A DNA stretch of 11,598 nucleotides. Origin: Gemmatimonadota bacterium. GTDB lineage: Bacteria; Gemmatimonadota; Gemmatimonadetes; Longimicrobiales; RSA9. The notes below the pieces were generated by a model. The model made no database searches and was not told where the DNA came from. It worked only from the letters and a program-made list of their open reading frames with translations. Shown here piece by piece: positions 6,217 through 11,598 of this stretch (position 1 is the first letter of the stretch; each line of letters opens with the position of its first letter). A program made the translations under genes and the position numbers. Where the stretch lies: assembly GCA_040905425.1 (NCBI GenBank), contig JBBDRO010000043.1:1-11598 (forward strand). The letters are read 5' to 3'.

Positions 6217-9191
6217 TAGAAATTGAATCCGAAGAAGAAGTCCACGAAGGTATCATCGAAGTCCTCCCCACCCCCGAACACCACGGGCGGTGGCTCGCCG
6301 AAGTGAAAGCGCCGTCCCGCGTCCAGGCGTAGCACCAGAGCACCACCCAGCGAGGAGCGCAGCGCGCCGCCCCAGCTGCCCCAGTGCCCGTCCGGCCCCG
6401 CCGCGTCATCGAGCCAGCTCGAGCCCAGGTCCGCGAAGACGGCGCCCTGCACGCCCGGCAGGCGGAGCGTCCCGAACGGGAAGGCAAGGCTCAGGCCGTG
6501 GAGCACCGGGAAGCGCCACTCCTGGTTCACTAGGTACACGCGCGACCCGGCCAGCGACCAGCGCGGATAACCGCGCAGCTGATGCGGACCGCCGAGCACC
6601 GCCCTGCCCGGAATGGCGCCGTCGCTAAGGTACACGTACCCCCGCACCGCGTACGCGCTGTAAAGGGAGGTGCGGAAGTAGCGCCGGTAGTCGGCCAGCA
6701 CGGCGTAGTTCTCCGCCGCCGCGGGGCGCGCCACCATGGCGCCGGTCGTGGCGCTGGGCGAGGCACAGGCAAAGCACGTCACGAAGCCGGCGCTCACGTT
6801 CCAGCGCTCGCCGTCCACCGGCCCGGTGGGCAGCCAGAGCGTGTTGTCCTTGACCAGCGAGACGTAGTTGCGCACCAGCGTGCCATCGCGCGTGAGGTCG
6901 CGGGGATCGCCGCGTCGCGTGCCGCCCAGGCCCTCCTCGAAGAGGTCCTCGATGTCGCGCCGGCGGCTGCGCTCCAGGGTCAGCTCCACCTCCACCCGTC
7001 TGAACTTCGAGAAGGGATAGCTGGCCAGCACGTAGCCGCCGTAGGTCTCCTCGGAGTAGAGGTTCAGGGACACGTCCCGATAGCGGCCCTTCATGCGGAA
7101 GAGCGCCGCACCGTAGTTCAGGCGGTTGGTGAGGTTCAGGTAGAGGAGACTGCCGCTGAAGCTGTCCGCCAGATCCCGCACCCCGCTGGCCTGGAGGGCG
7201 GAGACGCCCAGGAAGAGGATGTGGTTGCCCAGCATGTCACTGGCCAGGAACTGGGCGCCCTGCGCGGTGCCGAGGCCCGGCGCCACGACAGCCTCGCCAC
7301 CGGCGAAGTCCACGGTCAAGCCGTCCCAGCTGTCGTAGCGCGTGGCCTCCGCCACGCTGTCGTCCGGCGCGAGGCCCGCCCAGCGCCAGGCGGACGCCGT
7401 GTCGGACACGCCGGGCGGCGGCCCCAGCGCCATGACGGGCGCATCTCCATCCTCCAGCGCCGTGCGATAGATGCGGAAGCCGCCGTCGGCGTACCCGGCA
7501 AAGACCAGCCCCTCGTCACCCGGCAGCCACACCGGGTCGAAGGCCCCGCCGGTGAGCTGGCTCACGCGCTGACCGCGGCCCGCCCTGTCCATGGCGTAGA
7601 GGTCGTAGAAGCCGGTGCGGTCGGAGCTGAAGGCAATGCGCTCGCCCGTCCCCGACCAGCGCGGCGTGCCGTCGTGCCAGTTGCCGCGGGTGAGTGCACG
7701 GACGGCGCCGCCCGCGGCGTCCACCGCGTACAGGTTGGTGGCGCCCGTGGCGCCGTGCGGGCCGCGATCGGAGGCAAAGACGATGGTGCCGTCCACGGGG
7801 GACCAGTCGGGATCCGCATCGCGATAGGGGTCCGCCGTGAGGGCGCGCCGCTCGCCGCTGGCAAAGTCCAGCACGTAGAGGTCGGAGAAGCCCGCCGTGG
7901 AGAGCCCCTCGAACACCACCGCACCGCCGTCGGGTGACCAGGAGGGAGACTTCACCCCGCTCAGGTCCGGCCACTGGTAGCGCCCCACGAGCTGTTCCTC
8001 GTCCAGACTCCAGAGCACGAGCGCGTCCCGCTCCAGGTAGCGGGCCACCAGCGCCACCACGCCGCTGGCGTTCACGTCAAAGCGCGATTCGTAGGCGTGG
8101 AAGGACTCGAATTCGGCGCTCCGCTCCCCTTCCAGCACCGCCTCCATCCCGTCCTCGCCCTCCTCCAGCGTGGTGCGATAGAGCGTGGTATAGCCGGAGC
8201 GCGGGGACATGAAGAGCAGCTCCACCGCACCGTCGGCGCGCTCCCGGACCATGGGCTTGTAGTTGGCCCCGCCCCGATCGATGACCGGCCGTGCGCCCAC
8301 GGCCAGCGGCGGGCGCTCCGCGTACTGCGGGAAGAAGCGCTGCTCGAGGGCGTAGTGCCACTCCCGGCTGAGCATGTCCAGCGGCACGCCCAGCACGTCC
8401 TCGAGGGCGTCCTCGAAGCGGTCGTACTTCCAGTGCTCATCGTAGAGCCGGACGATGTACTCCTCCCCGAACCGCCCGGCCAGATAGGCGTGCAGCGCAC
8501 CGCCCACCGGATAGGAGAAGAAGCTGTAGCTGCGGCTGAACGTCTGGATGTCCGGCAGGGTGCCGTTGACCACCAGGTCCCGGACGAACATGTCATCCTC
8601 GGTGGTCTGCTCACCCGACCAGAACTCGGCCAGCCCCTCCGTCCACCAGTGGACGGCCTGCGGGTAGAAGCGGCCGCGGCGCGGATGGAGGCGCCGCACG
8701 TCGGCCAGCTTGGAGAGCTGGAAGGCGTGCACCATTTCGTGGCGGAGCGTCTGGCGGAACTGGTCGTAATCGCCCCGGAACGGCAGCGCCACGCGCCGCT
8801 TCAGGTACTCGGTGAAGCCCAGCACGCCCTCGGGAATGAAGCCGGGGAAGACGTTGGTCTGCTCGAAGTGCTGGTCCGAGGCGTACACGATGAGCGGGAT
8901 GCGGGCGCGGGGATGGTGCTGGAAGCGCCGCTCCAGCACCTCGAAGCTCTCGTCGGCGTAGGCCAGCGCCAGCCGCGCCACCTCCTCCTCCTCCGGGTAG
9001 TGGTAGACGTCCACGTGCGCGCCGGCCAGGACGCGCCACTCGAAGTCCCGGTACTGGATCTTGTTCTTGCCGAACGGTACCGTCTGCGCCGCCGCGGGCA
9101 CGGATAGCACGAGCGTCAGCAAAGCGACGATCGCCGGTCGGCTCCAGCGGCACGATCCTCGTATCCGGCACCCGCCGCCGCGTTTCCTCAC
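6216..9191 (-). CDS. Omp85/BamA-TamA superfamily protein with an N-terminal MA-clan (gluzincin-like) metallopeptidase domain and a PD40/TolB-like beta-propeller
   Basis: Signal peptide ending AAA-Q, then FGKNKIQY. H151EMVH155 plus WWTE185GLAEF. PD40 repeats (PSWSPDG..VVF, PDWSPVDGTIVFASDR, PRWSGTGERIAFSSDR, PVWLPGD..LVF). Barrel lid-lock-like LRGY..., NQEWRFP, GAVFADLG and terminal FFFGFNF. GGAGGAGG RBS with GTGA overlap. Confidence 0.85.
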   Translation of the reverse strand: MRKRGGGCRIRGSCRWSRPAIVALLTLVLSVPAAAQTVPFGKNKIQYRDFEWRVLAGAHVDVYHYPEEEEVARLALAYADESFEVLERRFQHHPRARIPLIVYASDQHFEQTNVFPGFIPEGVLGFTEYLKRRVALPFRGDYDQFRQTLRHEMVHAFQLSKLADVRRLHPRRGRFYPQAVHWWTEGLAEFWSGEQTTEDDMFVRDLVVNGTLPDIQTFSRSYSFFSYPVGGALHAYLAGRFGEEYIVRLYDEHWKYDRFEDALEDVLGVPLDMLSREWHYALEQRFFPQYAERPPLAVGARPVIDRGGANYKPMVRERADGAVELLFMSPRSGYTTLYRTTLEEGEDGMEAVLEGERSAEFESFHAYESRFDVNASGVVALVARYLERDALVLWSLDEEQLVGRYQWPDLSGVKSPSWSPDGGAVVFEGLSTAGFSDLYVLDFASGERRALTADPYRDADPDWSPVDGTIVFASDRGPHGATGATNLYAVDAAGGAVRALTRGNWHDGTPRWSGTGERIAFSSDRTGFYDLYAMDRAGRGQRVSQLTGGAFDPVWLPGDEGLVFAGYADGGFRIYRTALEDGDAPVMALGPPPGVSDTASAWRWAGLAPDDSVAEATRYDSWDGLTVDFAGGEAVVAPGLGTAQGAQFLASDMLGNHILFLGVSALQASGVRDLADSFSGSLLYLNLTNRLNYGAALFRMKGRYRDVSLNLYSEETYGGYVLASYPFSKFRRVEVELTLERSRRRDIEDLFEEGLGGTRRGDPRDLTRDGTLVRNYVSLVKDNTLWLPTGPVDGERWNVSAGFVTCFACASPSATTGAMVARPAAAENYAVLADYRRYFRTSLYSAYAVRGYVYLSDGAIPGRAVLGGPHQLRGYPRWSLAGSRVYLVNQEWRFPVLHGLSLAFPFGTLRLPGVQGAVFADLGSSWLDDAAGPDGHWGSWGGALRSSLGGALVLRLDAGRRFHFGEPPPVVFGGGEDFDDTFVDFFFGFNF

Positions 9192-9634
9192 GTGGCCTCC
9201 TCCAGCGCTGCCCGGAACCGCGCCAGCAGCTCCGGTGGCAGCGGCCGGGGCCGGCCGTCCCGGCCGGTCACGACCAGCTTGGTCTCCGCGCTCACCAGGC
9301 GGCGCGGCGGCTCGGCGTCGGCCGCGGTGATCTCGTAGCTGAAGGTCACCGCCCGGCTCTGCACCCGCGTCAGGCGCGCCGTGACGTGGATGCGGTCGTC
9401 ATAGCGAGCGGAGGCGTGATAGCGCAGGCGCGCGTCCGCCACGGCCAGCAGCACACCGCTCCGCTCCAGTTCGGCGTAGGGTGTCCCCAGCGCGCGGATG
9501 TAGTCGGTGCGCGCCACCTCGCACCAGACCAGATAGTGCGCGTGATAGACCACGCCCATCTGGTCGGTCTCGGCGTAGCGGACGCGGAGCTCGCTGGTGT
9601 GGAAGGTCGGCACGGGCTCGGCGGGCGTGCTCAT
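9188..9634 (-). CDS. Acyl-CoA thioesterase, YbgC/FadM (4HBT hot-dog) family
   Basis: LRVRYAETDQMGVVYHAHYLVWCEVAR signature, Y..SARYDD and GRPRPLP; 148 aa; ATGA overlap with the ALDH stop. Confidence 0.92.
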   Translation of the reverse strand: MSTPAEPVPTFHTSELRVRYAETDQMGVVYHAHYLVWCEVARTDYIRALGTPYAELERSGVLLAVADARLRYHASARYDDRIHVTARLTRVQSRAVTFSYEITAADAEPPRRLVSAETKLVVTGRDGRPRPLPPELLARFRAALEEAT

Positions 9635-11598
9635 GCGCCGTACGGTACCCAGATGTTCTTCACCTGGGTGGCATGGTGCAGGACGGCTTGCTCGGTGCCG
9701 GGGGCGTGCGCGTGCCCCGGCCCGCCGATCCAGGTGCGCTTCAGGTTGCCGGCGGACAGCCGCTCCACCTCCGCGCCGCCATCATCCGCCGCATGGTACC
9801 ACACGGCGTCCACGTCATCGTGGGCCGCCAGGACGGGCGCCAGCTCCGCGCGCAGCCCCGTGACGATGTTCAGGGCGCCGCCCGGCAGCTCCGAGGTGTC
9901 CAGCACCTGGTAGAGATCGGTGGCGGCCAGCGGCGCGCACTCGGAGGGCACGGCCACGACGGTGTTGCCCATGGCCAGTGCGGGCGCCACCAGCGCCACG
10001 AAGCCCAGCAGCGGCTCCTGGTCGGGACACACGACGCCCACCACGCCCATGGGCTCGTGCATGGCCATGGTGACGGTGCGCTGCGGGGTGGCGTGCACCG
10101 CCCCGTCGTGCTTGTCGGCCCAGGCCGCCCAGGTGAAGAGCCGCGCCACGCTGGCATCCACCTCCGCGCCGCCGGCCGCGCTGCCCAGCGCCTCCAGCTG
10201 CCGCGCGAATTCGTCCCGGCGGGCGGCCAGGTTCTCGGCCACGTAGTAGAGCACCTGCGCGCGCCCGTGGGCGCTGGCACCGGGCCAGTCCGTGGCCCGG
10301 TGGGCCGCCTCCACGGCGTTGCGCACGTCCTTGCGATTGCCCTGCCCCACCTCCCCCAGCAGGGCGCCGCCAGGGCCGCGCACCTGGAGGGTGTAGCCGC
10401 CGTCCGGCCGGGCCCCTTTGCCGCCGATGTAGAGCTTGGCGGTCCGGTCCACCGGTGGCAGCGGGGATGGCTGCCCCGGCATGGCGGCGCCGGCAGGCGC
10501 CGATGCGGCGGGCGCATCCGCGGCGTCCTCCGGCACGCCGCCCGCCCTGGCCACGGCGTCCGCCGGGCCGCGTGCGTGGCCGGCGGCTCCGGTGGCCGAC
10601 GCGGCGTCGTCGCTTACCACTGGACGCAGATACTCCAGGAGGCCCTCCCGGCCGCCCTCTCGCCCGAAGCCGCTCTCCCGGTAGCCGCCGAAGCCGGCCG
10701 CGGCGTCGAAGAGGTTGGTGGCGTTCACCCACACGGTGCCGGCCTTGATACGCGGCGCCATGTGGAGGGCCAGGTTCACGCTCTCCGACCACACGCTGGC
10801 CGCCAGGCCGAAGCGGGTGTTGTTGGCCAGCGCCACCGCCTCCTCGTGGGTGCGGAACGTCAAGAGCACCGCCACCGGCCCGAAGATCTCCTCCTGCGCC
10901 ACGGTGGCGGCGGGCGCCACGTCCGTGAGTAGCGTGGGCGGATAGAACAACCCCTCCTCAGGGCAGCTCCAGGAGGGCTGCCAGCAGGTGGCGCCCTCCT
11001 CCAGGCCGCTCCGGACCATGGCCTGGATGCGCTCGAGCTGTACGGGGGCCACGATGGCGCCGATGTCGATCCCCTTATCCAGCGGATCCCCCACGCGCAG
11101 CCGCTCCATGCGGGCACGCAGCTTGGCCACGAGCGTGTCCGCCACGCCCTCCTGCACCAGGATGCGCGAGCCGGCGCAGCAGACCTGCCCCTGGTTGAAC
11201 CAGATGGCGTCCACCACGCCCTCCACCACGCTGTCCAGCTCCGCGTCCTCGAAGACCACGAAGGGACTCTTGCCGCCCAGTTCGAGGCTGAGCCTCTTGC
11301 CCGATCCGGCGGTGGCCACGCGGATGGCGCGGCCCACCTCCGTGGAGCCGGTGAAGGCAATCTTGTCCACGTCGGGATGGTCCACGAGGGCGGCGCCCGT
11401 GCGGCCGTCTCCCGTGACGATGTTCAGCACGCCGGGCGGCAGGCCGAGGTCGGCGCACAGCTCGGCGAAGCGCAGGGCCGTGAGTGGGGTGTACTCGGCG
11501 GGCTTCAGCACCACGGTACTGCCGGTGGCCAGCGCGGGCGCCACCTTCCACGCGAGCATGAGGAGCGGGAAGTTCCACGGGATGATCTGCCCGGCCAC
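9631..11598 (-). CDS. Aldehyde dehydrogenase, ALDH16-like two-module form (partial: 5' end outside the window)
   Basis: IIPWNFP, LKPAE.TP, FTGSTEVG, ELGGKSP (catalytic Glu), FNQGQVCCAG (catalytic Cys), EEIFGPV, FGGYRESGFGREGG. An Ala/Pro linker follows, then a second truncated ALDH module (DRTAKLYIGG ... KNIWVPYGA). The frame is open at the window edge. Confidence 0.93.
   Translation of the reverse strand: MAGQIIPWNFPLLMLAWKVAPALATGSTVVLKPAEYTPLTALRFAELCADLGLPPGVLNIVTGDGRTGAALVDHPDVDKIAFTGSTEVGRAIRVATAGSGKRLSLELGGKSPFVVFEDAELDSVVEGVVDAIWFNQGQVCCAGSRILVQEGVADTLVAKLRARMERLRVGDPLDKGIDIGAIVAPVQLERIQAMVRSGLEEGATCWQPSWSCPEEGLFYPPTLLTDVAPAATVAQEEIFGPVAVLLTFRTHEEAVALANNTRFGLAASVWSESVNLALHMAPRIKAGTVWVNATNLFDAAAGFGGYRESGFGREGGREGLLEYLRPVVSDDAASATGAAGHARGPADAVARAGGVPEDAADAPAASAPAGAAMPGQPSPLPPVDRTAKLYIGGKGARPDGGYTLQVRGPGGALLGEVGQGNRKDVRNAVEAAHRATDWPGASAHGRAQVLYYVAENLAARRDEFARQLEALGSAAGGAEVDASVARLFTWAAWADKHDGAVHATPQRTVTMAMHEPMGVVGVVCPDQEPLLGFVALVAPALAMGNTVVAVPSECAPLAATDLYQVLDTSELPGGALNIVTGLRAELAPVLAAHDDVDAVWYHAADDGGAEVERLSAGNLKRTWIGGPGHAHAPGTEQAVLHHATQVKNIWVPYGA

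Noticed and set aside
6216..9191. Assigning the symbol bamA or tamA
   Set aside because: No POTRA domains are recognisable and the peptidase-propeller N-terminus is not the canonical architecture.
7430..9634. YbgC-like gene next to TolB-like repeats read as a tol-pal operon
   Set aside because: No tolQ, tolR, tolA or pal is present, and the PD40 repeats are an internal domain of the Omp85-type protein.
758..10945. Long plus-strand ORFs (e.g. 758..1579, 2563..3720, 3892..5253, 5193..6332, 6582..7937, 8097..9107, 9481..10932)
   Set aside because: Antisense shadows of well-supported minus-strand genes, expected in high-GC DNA where stop codons are rare; no recognisable motifs.

Overview
Very GC-rich window from a diderm bacterium; gene content and protein style suggest Gemmatimonadota, which is inference only. 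Every supported feature is on the minus strand. Reading right to left there is a tightly packed, apparently translationally coupled run of 10 CDSs: an ALDH16-type aldehyde dehydrogenase (5'-truncated by the window), a YbgC-like thioesterase, a ~990-aa peptidase-MA/PD40-propeller/Omp85-barrel protein, a LolB/DUF4292-like lipoprotein, an LptE-family lipoprotein, a CPA2 cation:H+ antiporter, hemC, a heptose-1-P adenylyltransferase (rfaE2/hldC), rph and rdgB. These are followed by a sigma70-type promoter and four CCA-less tRNAs (Pro-TGG, Arg-TCT, His-GTG, Lys-CTT), a 14-bp GNRA hairpin and a degenerate 16-bp tandem repeat. A second sigma70 promoter then drives a leader with boxB/boxA/boxC-like elements, predicting an rRNA operon just off the left edge. 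This is mostly core genome, with no mobile element, CRISPR array or defence system visible. The best candidate for an under-described system is the POTRA-less protease-propeller-Omp85 protein clustered with LolB-like and LptE lipoproteins.
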